A DNA stretch of 64,000 nucleotides from Clostridia bacterium (GCA_017502875.1 JAFVUF010000012.1:23388-87387), one strand, 5' to 3'. Positions 27,364 to 37,362 are shown, counted from the first letter of the stretch. Numbers and translations: made by a program. The notes: generated by a model not told the origin, from the letters alone.

Positions 27364-27457
27364 TGTGTAAACCTTCCACCATACAATGCCTAGCGCCGTC
27401 CACCGTGAAACGCTCAGATAAAGGCGGCGCCAATCCGCTGCAGGCCGGCGCCTGCTA
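27364..27457 (-). repeat. stop-codon-anchored structured repeat D, copy 1 (after polA)
   Basis: Near-identical to 47833-47928; starts at the polA TAG. Confidence 0.9.
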
Positions 27458-30064
27458 CTTGCATTCGTACCAGCTATTGCCCGTTTGAAGCTCAACGGTA
27501 AGCGGAACGGAAAGCGAAACTACGTTCTCCATCTCTCTTTTTAGTATCTCTGCGGCTCGCTCGGCGCACTCACGGCTCGCCTCAACTATCAGCTCGTCGT
27601 GTATCTGTAAAATCAGCCTCGCGTCAATTCCCTCGGCCCTTAGCGCCCTGTGAACGTTTATCATCGCAAACTTGATTATATCGGCGCTTGAGCCTTGGAT
27701 AGGACTGTTCATCGCTACTCGCTCGCCAAACGCCCGAAGCACAGCCTTACCCGACGTAAGCTCAGGAATGTACCTTCTTCTGCCGAATATAGTCTCAACG
27801 TAGCCAAGCGCTTTCGCCGACTCCACCGCCGCTTCGAGATACATAGAAATGCCGCGGTATTTTTCAAAATAACTCTTAATATAAGCGCCCGCTTCCTTAC
27901 GGGTAACGCCGATATCCTGCGCGAGTGAAAACTCGCCGATGCCGTACACAATACCGAAGTTTACAGCCTTGGCGTGCTTTCTCATCTCACCCGTAACCTC
28001 TGAAACGGGAACGCCAAAGACCTGCGAGGCGGTAACGGTATGAATGTCCTCGCCCGAAATAAAGGCATTTATCATCGTTTCGTCATGCGCTATATGAGCG
28101 AGCAGACGAAGCTCTATCTGTGAATAGTCGGCGTCGATAAGCACGTGGTTTTCATCACTCGCTACAAAAAATCGGCGCATTTCTCTGCCAATCTCGGTGC
28201 GAACAGGGATGTTTTGCAGATTAGGCTCGCTTGACGCGAGTCTGCCCGTAACGGCAGTCGTCTGACTGAACACCGTGTGAACTCTGCCGCTTTCGTCCGC
28301 AACCCTGAGAAGCGCCTCGGCATAAGTGGAACGAAGCTTTGCCACCGCGCGAAATTCAAGTATCTCCGAGACTATCGGGTGCGCGCCACGGAGCTTTTCA
28401 AGTATCTCGGCGTTAGTCGAATAGCCTGTCTTCGTCTTTTTCCCCGCTTCAAGACCAAGCTCCTCAAACAAAACAACACCGAGCTGCTTTGGCGAATTTA
28501 TATTGAACTCGTGTCCCGCAAGCCCGTAAATGCGTTCTGTGTACTGCTTTTCGGTCTCGGTAAGCTTTGAAAGAAAGCCTTTAAGCGCCTCTGTGTCGAG
28601 CTTAAAGCCTGCTCTTTCCATATCGGAAAGCACCGCGGCAAGCGGAAGCTCGCACTCGCGGTAAAGCTCGTACATATTCACCGCCTTCAAGCGTTCATTA
28701 AGTCTTTCATTTAACCCGTAAACCGCAAAAGCCTTGTCCGAGAGCGTTTCGTCAACGCTTGTTTTAAGGTAAATCTCGGCAAGGTCGAAAAGCGCGTAAC
28801 CGCTTCTTGCGGGGTCAAGCACGTATGCGGCGAGCATAACGTCATCAACAATATTTACGTCAACGCCTTGACAGCTAAAATCACTTATTGTCTTTTTGCA
28901 GTCGAAGGCTATTATTTCAAGCTTCAAGGCGTTTACCGTCTGACAAAGCTCGGAAAAGCTGTCAAAATACACCTCGTAGCAGCCGTTTTCATCGCAAAAC
29001 GCCGCCCTTGCTCCGTCATACACCATAGCGCAGCGCTTGCCAAGCTTTCTTTTGAGCTCCTTTACCGAGCAGACGGAAATCGGCTTTCTCTCTGAGGCTT
29101 CGCTTTCGCCAAGGTCAAAGGAAAGCTGACCGCCCTCGCCGTTTTCAACGGTCATATCAGACGTTTCGGCGGTTACGGGCGCGTTCTTTGGCACAGGAGC
29201 AGCCTCGTTTAAGCCAAGACGCTTGATGTGAGAGGTGAATTCAAGCTCTTGCAGCAGCGCGTACATTCCGCCCTTATCCATACCCTCGCTCTTTAACTCA
29301 TCAAGAGTGAAGTCAACGGGCGCGTGAGTCTCGATAGTCGCCAGGCGTTTTGAAAGATACGCAAGCTCCCTGCCGTCAAGCATCTTCTGCTTTGCGGACT
29401 TACCAAGTCCCGCGTTTTCAATATTTTCATAAACGTTATCTATGTTTTTAAATTCCGCTATCAGCTTAAAGGCGGTCTTTTCGCCAATACCGGGAACGCC
29501 GGGAATATTGTCGGATGAGTCGCCCATAAGCGCCTTTACGTCAACAAAATCTGTAGGCTCAATGCCGTATTTCTCAAAAAAGGCGTCTCTGTCAAAGGGT
29601 AGCGTGTCGTTGTTCGTCGCGAGCAGGACGGTGGTCTTGTCGGAAATGAGCTGAAGCGAATCCCTGTCGCCTGTCAGTACGTAGCTGCGCACTCCCCTCG
29701 TTTCTGCCATTTTAGCGACTGTTCCGAGCAGGTCGTCCGCCTCGTAGCCCTCAAGGGTTATGACTTTAAGCCCCAGAAGCTCCGACATTTTCTTACTGTA
29801 TGGAAGCTGAACGGCAAGCTCCTCAGGCATTTTCTTTCTTCCCGCCTTGTATTCGGAGTATTCCTTATGCCGAAAGGTCGGCGCGGAAAGGTCAAAGGCT
29901 ATCGCGGCGTAGTCGGGCTTTATCTCGCCCATCTGCTTTAAAAGTATGTTGAGCATGCCGAAAAGAGCGTTGGTATGAAGCCCGCCGCTGTTAGTAAGCG
30001 GCCTTATTCCGTAAAACGCCCTGTTCAGTATACTGTTTCCGTCTATAACAAGTAGCTTTTCCAT
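27455..30064 (-). CDS. polA: DNA polymerase I
   Basis: IDGNSILNRAFY, GDSSDNIPGVPGIG, DADYSQIELR, AKAVNFGIVYG, QIHDEL; start at MEKLL after GGAGG. Confidence 0.98.
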   Translation of the reverse strand: MEKLLVIDGNSILNRAFYGIRPLTNSGGLHTNALFGMLNILLKQMGEIKPDYAAIAFDLSAPTFRHKEYSEYKAGRKKMPEELAVQLPYSKKMSELLGLKVITLEGYEADDLLGTVAKMAETRGVRSYVLTGDRDSLQLISDKTTVLLATNNDTLPFDRDAFFEKYGIEPTDFVDVKALMGDSSDNIPGVPGIGEKTAFKLIAEFKNIDNVYENIENAGLGKSAKQKMLDGRELAYLSKRLATIETHAPVDFTLDELKSEGMDKGGMYALLQELEFTSHIKRLGLNEAAPVPKNAPVTAETSDMTVENGEGGQLSFDLGESEASERKPISVCSVKELKRKLGKRCAMVYDGARAAFCDENGCYEVYFDSFSELCQTVNALKLEIIAFDCKKTISDFSCQGVDVNIVDDVMLAAYVLDPARSGYALFDLAEIYLKTSVDETLSDKAFAVYGLNERLNERLKAVNMYELYRECELPLAAVLSDMERAGFKLDTEALKGFLSKLTETEKQYTERIYGLAGHEFNINSPKQLGVVLFEELGLEAGKKTKTGYSTNAEILEKLRGAHPIVSEILEFRAVAKLRSTYAEALLRVADESGRVHTVFSQTTAVTGRLASSEPNLQNIPVRTEIGREMRRFFVASDENHVLIDADYSQIELRLLAHIAHDETMINAFISGEDIHTVTASQVFGVPVSEVTGEMRKHAKAVNFGIVYGIGEFSLAQDIGVTRKEAGAYIKSYFEKYRGISMYLEAAVESAKALGYVETIFGRRRYIPELTSGKAVLRAFGERVAMNSPIQGSSADIIKFAMINVHRALRAEGIDARLILQIHDELIVEASRECAERAAEILKREMENVVSLSVPLTVELQTGNSWYECK

Positions 30065-30079
30065 ATTAACCTCCGATAT

Positions 30080-30176
30080 GGAATACGCGCTTTCTTGAAA
30101 GAAAGCTGCGCAAAGAACTCTCTTACACCGACAACATAGGCTATCGGTGTAAGAGATATTTTGTATTTTTCTTCCC
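30080..30176 (-). repeat. repeat family C, copy 1
   Basis: TCTCTTACACCGA/TCGGTGTAAGAGA hairpin plus GCTTTCTTTCAAGAAAGC hairpin; homologous to 62851-62949. Confidence 0.85.
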
Positions 30177-30223
30177 AAGACAGATGTATATCTCACGAAG
30201 GTGCATATATACAAATTCTGGAA

Positions 30224-30895
30224 TTAGTATCTATAATTATTCTTTCTCCACTTATAATCTTGGTAAGCTCGCTTTATTCTATTTATAAGGTCGTACCCAA
30301 AGAAAAGCAGGAAATTCAGAATAGCCGCCAAAATAGCCGCGCGGTCAGCCCAAGAGCCTAAAATAAACAGAAGTAGTAAAAGCGCTCCCTCAGCGATACC
30401 TATCCATTTGACTTTAACGGGAATGAAGAAAAAGAGCAACACCTTGGTTTCCGGGAACATAGCGGAAAACGCAAGGAAAATGCTTAAATTCAGGTACATA
30501 TTGTCGATATACCCGACTATAAATCCCGCGATTAGTGTTCCGATTATTCCGAATAAATAATAAAGGTTAAACCGAGCCTTACCCCAATACCCTTCAACCG
30601 CTGTGCCCGTCCAATAGTAAAAATACAGGGCGAGCAAGGTAAATAAAAGGTTCGTGGACGCGGGATAAACAAAGATAAAGGATACAATTCTCCACACCTG
30701 CCCTCTGAAAATAGCCGCGCGGTCAAAGGCAAGCAGAGCGTTGAGCGATATCGCCTGACCGTCGGAAGCAAACATAAGCACGGTGTCAACGGCAAAAACG
30801 ATAAGCATTGCGACCGAAATCATCTGCATAAGCTTCTCTATCGCTATTTTCCGTATCTTGTTTTCAAGCTTGTATAGAAATAAATTCAGTTTCAT
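30224..30895 (-). CDS. rhomboid-like membrane protein
   Basis: GQVWRIVSFIF, FFFIPVKVKWIG; no clear GxS catalytic motif. Confidence 0.7.
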   Translation of the reverse strand: MKLNLFLYKLENKIRKIAIEKLMQMISVAMLIVFAVDTVLMFASDGQAISLNALLAFDRAAIFRGQVWRIVSFIFVYPASTNLLFTLLALYFYYWTGTAVEGYWGKARFNLYYLFGIIGTLIAGFIVGYIDNMYLNLSIFLAFSAMFPETKVLLFFFIPVKVKWIGIAEGALLLLLFILGSWADRAAILAAILNFLLFFGYDLINRIKRAYQDYKWRKNNYRY

Positions 30896-30977
30896 CAGTT
30901 TCCCACCTATATAGCGAACGCCCACCTTGTTTAGTGAGCGTCCGTGGAATTTATCAAAAGCAAAAACTGCCCGTTTT

Positions 30978-32612
30978 TTAGTTTTTGGGAGCGATTACAG
31001 ACTTATCCCACATATCGGGAGCCTCGTAGCCGAGCATATTCACCGTGGTAGCGGCGACGTTTGAAAGACCGTACTCGCCGTCCTTTACCACCTCGTAGCC
31101 GTCCGCGCCGAAGTTGTCGTAAATTATCATCGGAACGGGGTTAAGCGTATGGCTTGTCTTAGCCTTACCAACCTTAGGCGCCTTAGTCTTTTTGTCAAGC
31201 TCGTACATCTCGTCGGCGTTTCCGTGGTCTGCGGTTATGATAGCCGCGCCCTTCACGGAGTCGATAACGGGAAGGATTCTGGCAAGCTGAAGGTCAAGCG
31301 CCTCCATGCTTATCTTCGTAGCGGGAAGCGATCCGGTATGACCGACCATATCTCCGTTGGGGAAGTTGCAGCGGATATACTTGTACTTGCCCGAGGTTAT
31401 AGCCTCGATAAGCGCGTCGGTTATCTCAGCGCACTTCATCCAAGGTCTCTGCTCAAAGGGAACAACGTCGGAGGGAACCTCCATATAGGTTTCAAGCTCC
31501 TCGCTGAACTTACCGGAGCGATTGCCGTTCCAGAAATAAGTTACGTGGCCGTACTTCTGAGTCTCGGACAGAGCAAACTGATTTATACCCGTATTAACGA
31601 GGTACTCACTCATCGTGTTACTGATTTCGGGGGGATTTACAAGGAAATGCGAGGGAATGTGAAGGTCGCCGTCATACTCAAGCATACCCGCGTAGAAAAC
31701 GTCAGGAACTCTCTTGCGGTCAAATCTATCAAAGTCCTCTCCCGCTTCAAACGTCTTGCTTATCTCAATAGCTCTGTCTCCGCGGAAGTTGAAGAACACT
31801 ACGCTGTCGCCGTCCTCAACAGTACCGACAGGCTTGCCGTCCTCAGCTATGACAAAGGGAGGAAGGTCCTGGTCGATAACGCCTGTTTCCGCGCGGTAAG
31901 CCTTGATAGCCTCCTCAGCCGAAGCAAACTGTCTGCCCTCACCGAGAACGTGGGTGTACCAGCCCGTCTCAACCATAGACCAGTTCGCTTCGTAGCGGTC
32001 CATAGTTACCTGCATTCTACCGCCGCCGCTGGCTATCTTGATATCGAAGCAGTCGCCGCGAAGCTCGGATATGAACTCCTCAAAGGGAAGCACGTAATCA
32101 AGCGCCGAGGTCTCGCCAACATCACGTCCGTCAAGCAGAATGTGAATTCTCACTCTGCTAACTCCGTCCGCCTTGGCTCTGACGAGCATGGCCTTCAAAT
32201 GGTCGATATGACTGTGAACGTTGCCGTCGGAGAAAAGTCCGATAAAATGAAGCGTTCCGCCCTTGCAGCTCGCAACAAGCTTCTTCCACGTTTCAGAATT
32301 AAACATTTTTCCGCTTTCAATGGAATTTGAAACAAGCTTCGCTCCCTGAGCGAACACCTGACCCGCGCCGAGCGCGTTGTGTCCGACCTCGGAGTTACCC
32401 ATATCGTCGTCGGAGGGGAGACCTACCGCCGTTCCGTGAGCCTTTAACGCCACCATGGGATAGTTCTTCATAAGCATGTCAAGAGTGGGGGTGGAGGCAA
32501 GGTATACCGCATTGCCCTCGTTTTCGGGAGCGATACCTACGCCGTCCATAACTATCGTTACGAGAGGGCCCTGCACTCCCTTGAAATTTGCCGATTTTTT
32601 AAGCTGTGCCAT
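30978..32612 (-). CDS. gpmI: 2,3-bisphosphoglycerate-independent phosphoglycerate mutase
   Basis: MGNSEVGH, SDGNVHSH, FNFRGDR, ETQKYGHVT, DMVGHTG, TADHGNAD. Confidence 0.97.
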   Translation of the reverse strand: MAQLKKSANFKGVQGPLVTIVMDGVGIAPENEGNAVYLASTPTLDMLMKNYPMVALKAHGTAVGLPSDDDMGNSEVGHNALGAGQVFAQGAKLVSNSIESGKMFNSETWKKLVASCKGGTLHFIGLFSDGNVHSHIDHLKAMLVRAKADGVSRVRIHILLDGRDVGETSALDYVLPFEEFISELRGDCFDIKIASGGGRMQVTMDRYEANWSMVETGWYTHVLGEGRQFASAEEAIKAYRAETGVIDQDLPPFVIAEDGKPVGTVEDGDSVVFFNFRGDRAIEISKTFEAGEDFDRFDRKRVPDVFYAGMLEYDGDLHIPSHFLVNPPEISNTMSEYLVNTGINQFALSETQKYGHVTYFWNGNRSGKFSEELETYMEVPSDVVPFEQRPWMKCAEITDALIEAITSGKYKYIRCNFPNGDMVGHTGSLPATKISMEALDLQLARILPVIDSVKGAAIITADHGNADEMYELDKKTKAPKVGKAKTSHTLNPVPMIIYDNFGADGYEVVKDGEYGLSNVAATTVNMLGYEAPDMWDKSVIAPKN

Positions 32613-32699
32613 TTTTTATGTCTTTCCTTTCGGTAATTTAATTACTAAGAATGATTATAAACCAAATTTATGAATTTAGTATTTACATTAATTATCTTT

Positions 32700-33077
32700 T
32701 TATGAAAAATACGCTATTCCCAGAAGGTAATCCATTCTTTCGGTGTCGCCCGTAAGCGCCAGATACCCGAAAACCGCCTCAAAGCCCGTAGCTCTCAGGT
32801 ACTGCTGAAGCGTGCAGCTCTTAGGAAAAGAATTCACGTGAACGTTCTTGCCTCGCTTGAAAATCGCCGTCTCCTCCTCGCTCAGATGAGGCAGTATTTT
32901 ATCAAGAGCCTCGCACTGAGCCTTAGCTGATACCATTTGGTCAGCCTTTTTGTTAAGCTCGCCTATTTTTCCGCCCGCCGTAACGAGCCTTTTTCTTACG
33001 AGAAGCTCTATCTGCGCATCTCCGAGATAAGCCAAAAGCAGACCGTTCATCTCACCCGCAATTGATAATTCGCTCAT
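32700..33077 (-). CDS. mrnC: Mini-ribonuclease III
   Basis: LAYLGDA, VSAKAQ, KRGKN, ATGFEAVFGYL; no dsRBD. Confidence 0.85.
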   Translation of the reverse strand: MSELSIAGEMNGLLLAYLGDAQIELLVRKRLVTAGGKIGELNKKADQMVSAKAQCEALDKILPHLSEEETAIFKRGKNVHVNSFPKSCTLQQYLRATGFEAVFGYLALTGDTERMDYLLGIAYFS

Positions 33078-34549
33078 TTTACGCCTCCGTCCTCGCTCGG
33101 TATAAGCTTAAAACCAACCGCGTTAAGTATGCTGACCTGTTCATTTGTGAAATGAGAGAATATCGCCTTCATATGAGTAACGAAAACGTATCTGCACTTA
33201 AAAGCGGTCAGGGCGTTCAAAATATCCTTCATTCCCTGCGCGCCCTCGCGGTAAGCGGTGGTCTGGAAGGTCTCGTTTAAAAGCACAAGCGAATACGGAC
33301 GGATACTGTCCATAATCTCGGCTATCTCCTTTACCTCGCCCTCAAATCTACCCGCGGCGTCTCCGTCGGTAAAATCCTTTTCAGCGGACGAAAAATGAGT
33401 AAATATCGCGCTTCGTACGCTCACCCTCATCGACTCGGCGCAAACGAACAGTCCGTTCTGAGCGAACAGAACCGCAGAGCCTACCGAGCGCAAAAACGAG
33501 GTCTTACCGCAGTTGTTGTCGCCTCTTGCGAGTATGCTCTTTTCAAGCGAAACCGAGTTTGCCACTATACTCCTTTTGTCCTTGCCCTCGTTCAAAAGAA
33601 GCATATCGTATATGCCCTCCGCCGTAAGAACGTCCTTTTCGGCGCTCAGCACCTCAGGGAAGCAGTAGGTCATACCGCTTTTTTTCAGCCTGTCCGCTAT
33701 ATCAAGCGCAACGCTGTAAAACATAAGCTCCTCGCCTATGCCCTTAAAAACGGAATAAATACCGCTTGCGAGGTCGGAAAAAATTCCCGAAAGCTCACCC
33801 ATAGCTATCGAAACGGCGCTTCCGGCGTTATCGGCGGACGAGCCGCCTATATCAACGCTGACCTCCTGATTTTTTCTGAATTTCGAAAAAATACCCTTCT
33901 TTTCCTTTGCCGAGGCGTCAGTTACGTCGGAAATCGAGCAGGAGCAGATACGCATAGCCTCGTCAAGCGTGGCGTCTACCGAAAAGCGGTAACTCGTTAC
34001 GCTCTCGCTGCGGAAGCGCTCCGCCGCCTTTTCAAGCTCGTCAATGCACTTACTCTCGCTCATCGAAACGCAGAAGCTCTTCATTTGGAGCAGCCCCTCG
34101 CTTTCAACCTCATAGCCGCTGAAAAGCTCGTAAATTTCCGAAAAATAAGCGATAACGTTACGCGCGTAGTGAGCGTTAACGTAAAGCTCCTCATAGGCGT
34201 AGTCAAGCATTCCGCTTGCCGAGACGGGCGCTCCGTAGCGGAATATCTCCTTAATGACCTCCTCGGTCTCATCGGGAAGATTTTCATATCCCCTGAAAAG
34301 CTGAGAAAGCGAGGCAAGAAGATTTGGATATTTGATAAAATCCTTTAATATCGCGGCTCGGTAAAGCGCGTTTTCCTCGCTTACGCACCTTCTGCAAAGC
34401 ACCGACAGAAAGTAATCCGCCTGTTTGGTTTTATCGCACGCGGCTCTGGTCATTCTGTCGATATTCAGATTGTAAAGCGCCTGCTCAATACTCTTTTCAA
34501 TCTCACCCGCAACGCCGTTTTTGTAAAGTAAGCTGATTTTCTTCTGCAT
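33074..34549 (-). CDS. MutS domain V ATPase (MutS4B-like)
   Basis: GDNNCGKTSFLRSVG, IFTHF, GRFEGE, LLNETFQTT, VTH; no mismatch-binding domain. Confidence 0.85.
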   Translation of the reverse strand: MQKKISLLYKNGVAGEIEKSIEQALYNLNIDRMTRAACDKTKQADYFLSVLCRRCVSEENALYRAAILKDFIKYPNLLASLSQLFRGYENLPDETEEVIKEIFRYGAPVSASGMLDYAYEELYVNAHYARNVIAYFSEIYELFSGYEVESEGLLQMKSFCVSMSESKCIDELEKAAERFRSESVTSYRFSVDATLDEAMRICSCSISDVTDASAKEKKGIFSKFRKNQEVSVDIGGSSADNAGSAVSIAMGELSGIFSDLASGIYSVFKGIGEELMFYSVALDIADRLKKSGMTYCFPEVLSAEKDVLTAEGIYDMLLLNEGKDKRSIVANSVSLEKSILARGDNNCGKTSFLRSVGSAVLFAQNGLFVCAESMRVSVRSAIFTHFSSAEKDFTDGDAAGRFEGEVKEIAEIMDSIRPYSLVLLNETFQTTAYREGAQGMKDILNALTAFKCRYVFVTHMKAIFSHFTNEQVSILNAVGFKLIPSEDGGVK

Positions 34550-34553
34550 ATCA

Positions 34554-35999
34554 TCAACCTCCAAAGCGCGCTTTCAGCGAATTCTTATCAAGCCCGTATT
34601 TTTCCAGAATGTCGTTTGCAAACGAGCGCGGAGGCAAGCGGCGCTTCTCTATCTTATAGGTACGTCTGTTGCGGTCATTTTCGTCAACCGTAACACCCAG
34701 AAACGGAATTTCCTTTTCGGAAACGTCGTGCTGATGGGTGATATACAGTCCGAGATTACCACTCTTATACAGCGTCCTCGCAAGTATATCGGTCTGCTCT
34801 ATCGCCTTCTCCTCACCCGTGGTCGAAAAGGTTTCGTTAAGCAGAATAAGGGCGTTTCCGTCCTGTTTCTCCAGTATTAAGTCAACGCGGTTTTTTTCGT
34901 CAAGGAAGCGTCCGGTGCCCTCAAAGCGCTCGTCCTTGGGGAAATGCGTATAAACAGCGCTGAGTATCGACGCCTGCCCGCCCTCACAGAAAACAGGAGC
35001 GCCCGCAAGGAGCAAAAGCATAGCTCCTCCCACCGCGCGAATATACGTGGTCTTACCGCCGCCGTTTGCGCCCGTTAGGTAGAAAAACGGCTCCTTTTCG
35101 GTAAATTCCACGTCGTTTGGCACAATCACCGAGCCCTCTTTTTTAAGCAAGGTAACGTCGTATACGTTCCTTAACGAAATCCCCTTACGCTCCGTAATCT
35201 CAGGAAAGCAGTACGGCAGTCCGTTATCGGCGGCTTTTTTTGTGAATGAAACGATACCGATAACGAATTCAAGCTCGGGAATATAGTCAATTATCTCACC
35301 CGTAACAAGCGTTCTGTATTTTGAAAGCAGCTCTGCGGCGGCGTTAAGCTCCTCGGGATATACCGTACCGAGCGCCTCGGCTACCCCCTTTTGAAGCGTG
35401 ATGGACGAGCGCGGTCTTTCACCAAGCGAAATATCAAGCTCCGCGGCGCACGCCCGAAGCGCTTCCGTCATGCCCTCGCCGCGCGGAGCGCTGATAACGG
35501 CGCTTTCTCCGTCGGTTTTTAAGGTAAGCGCCGAGATGGCGGCAAGTCTTTTTTTAAGCTCCGACGCCTCGCTTACGGCGTTTTGAAAGCTCACCTTTTC
35601 CGATATCTCCGCAAAAGCTCCGCAAAAGCGTTCAAGCAGCGCCCCGTATCCGTTTAGCGCCCTGACACTCTCGCAAAGCTCGCTCAGCTTTAAGATAAGA
35701 TGAACGAACACAAAGGAAGCGGTTTTTTCACTCACCGCCGCCGTCATCGCCCTGTAAAGCTCACGTGCCGCTAAAAGCTTGTCCAGAGCCTCTCGCAGTC
35801 TCGCCTCCGAGCTGTCATCGGAAAGCAGCGCCTTGAACATCTCACGTCTCGCCATAAGCGTCTCTCTTTCGGGAGCTAAAATGAGGTAATCGCTCACCTC
35901 CGGCGGAAATATCAGGTCAAGCTTTAAGTCCGTTATGACGTCCGCTTCGCACGAAACGGGCGTTTTTTCATTTACGAATATCAGTCTCGGAAATGCCAT
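34554..35999 (-). CDS. MutS domain V ATPase (MutS4A-like)
   Basis: TGANGGGKTTYIRAVG, VYTHFP, GRFLDE, LLNETFSTT, ITHQH, SFANDILEKYGL. Confidence 0.85.
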   Translation of the reverse strand: MAFPRLIFVNEKTPVSCEADVITDLKLDLIFPPEVSDYLILAPERETLMARREMFKALLSDDSSEARLREALDKLLAARELYRAMTAAVSEKTASFVFVHLILKLSELCESVRALNGYGALLERFCGAFAEISEKVSFQNAVSEASELKKRLAAISALTLKTDGESAVISAPRGEGMTEALRACAAELDISLGERPRSSITLQKGVAEALGTVYPEELNAAAELLSKYRTLVTGEIIDYIPELEFVIGIVSFTKKAADNGLPYCFPEITERKGISLRNVYDVTLLKKEGSVIVPNDVEFTEKEPFFYLTGANGGGKTTYIRAVGGAMLLLLAGAPVFCEGGQASILSAVYTHFPKDERFEGTGRFLDEKNRVDLILEKQDGNALILLNETFSTTGEEKAIEQTDILARTLYKSGNLGLYITHQHDVSEKEIPFLGVTVDENDRNRRTYKIEKRRLPPRSFANDILEKYGLDKNSLKARFGG

Positions 36000-36024
36000 A
36001 ATCTATCCTTTCAAGCATATTTCT

Positions 36025-37230
36025 TCATTTTTCGGAGCTAACTATCGGAAGCTCCTTGACGTCGGTAGGCAGCGGCAGAAGCTTGGCAAGCGTCGGGGTA
36101 GTTCCGAGAAGCTCACACGCCGCCTTGTATTGATCAACCGTCGCGCCCGCAGTCCGTCTTTTGCCCGTTTTGATCGCGCGGATTATAACGTTCTTCGGTG
36201 TCTCCTCAGGGTCGATAAGCTCGCAGACGGTAACCTTGTAGCCGTATATTTCAAGAAGTCTCGCTCGAAGCGCGTCGGTCATAGCCGAGGCTATCTTCTG
36301 CTTTAAAATCGAGTAGTCGGTAGCAAACGCAAGCTCCTCGCAATTCATCTCGCGGTTAAGCTCGTGCTGACAGCAGGGGGTGGACAGTATCACCCTCGCG
36401 CCGCTTTTGACCGCGCCCGCAAGCGCGTAATCGGTAGCCACGTCGCAAGCGTGGAGCGAAATAACAAGGTCGGGAGCCTTCGGCGGAGCAAAAGCGCTTA
36501 CGTCTCCGCACTCAAAGGTCATCTTGTCCCAGCCGAGCCGAGCAGCAACCTCACGGCAATACTCAATAACGTCTTTTTTTAAGTCTATGCCGTACATCTC
36601 CACCTGTCTGCCCTTGTGAAAGGTAAAATATCGGTAAACGGCAAAGGTCAGATAGCTTTTCCCGCAGCAAAGGTCGCATATACAAAGCGGCCCGTCGGGA
36701 AGCGCGTCGCTTATCGCCTCTATCTGCTCTATAAACTTGTTTATCTGGCGGTATTTCGCCTGCTTTTTGTCGTGAATTCTGCCGTTTTTGTCGGTGATAC
36801 CAAGCTCAAAAAGAAAATCTCCGTCCGTCTCCGGCGTGATAGCGTAGCTTTTTTTCTTATCCTGAGACGAGGCAAGCTCCACCTTTTTCGCGCCGTCAAG
36901 CGAACCCGAAAACCGTATTTTCCCCTTTTCAGAAACAATAAGCTCAAGAGCCCTCTCTCCCGCGATAATGTTTATCTGGCGGTAACACTCCGGAGCGCCG
37001 AAAACAAGCTCCGCGGCCTCGTCTGCCGAAAGCACCCTCTGAATAGCCTTTCCGTCTGACAGAAACCTCTCGCTCTTAACAGAAATCCTCCCGTTTTTTT
37101 CAAAGGGAATTAAAACGAGCTTGCCTTCACTCTTGATTTTCGGACGGGAAAGCACCGCTTTTTTGAGTGTCCTCAAATTCAGTGCCTCCGTAAATTCAGT
37201 TTTTAATCTCTCTTTTGCCCCGTTTAACAT
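36025..37230 (-). CDS. class I SAM-dependent methyltransferase
   Basis: KYRQINKF, DLCCGKSYLTF, SLHACDVATD, PCCQHE, TPKN. Confidence 0.88.
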   Translation of the reverse strand: MLNGAKERLKTEFTEALNLRTLKKAVLSRPKIKSEGKLVLIPFEKNGRISVKSERFLSDGKAIQRVLSADEAAELVFGAPECYRQINIIAGERALELIVSEKGKIRFSGSLDGAKKVELASSQDKKKSYAITPETDGDFLFELGITDKNGRIHDKKQAKYRQINKFIEQIEAISDALPDGPLCICDLCCGKSYLTFAVYRYFTFHKGRQVEMYGIDLKKDVIEYCREVAARLGWDKMTFECGDVSAFAPPKAPDLVISLHACDVATDYALAGAVKSGARVILSTPCCQHELNREMNCEELAFATDYSILKQKIASAMTDALRARLLEIYGYKVTVCELIDPEETPKNVIIRAIKTGKRRTAGATVDQYKAACELLGTTPTLAKLLPLPTDVKELPIVSSEK

Positions 37231-37262
37231 AAACACCTCACGGCAATAATATCTCACTTTAT

Positions 37263-37291
37263 ATTATATATTAATATCTTTAAAATGTCAA
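37263..37291 (-). promoter_or_regulatory. sigmaA promoter of the methyltransferase-mutS-mrnC operon
   Basis: Consensus TTGACA-17-TATAAT. Confidence 0.8.
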
Positions 37292-37362
37292 GTGGCAGTC
37301 GCAAACTCCGCGCGTTTTCAACGTTAACACGTCAAAAAATTTGAAAAACGACCTTTTCACTC

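Noticed and set aside
30065-30214. N-terminal extension of PolA in the ORF track
   Set aside because: It runs through repeat C; the GGAGG RBS supports the start at 30064
33074-35999. Mismatch-repair mutS or mutS2
   Set aside because: Too short, no mismatch-binding or Smr domain, and no adjacent mutL
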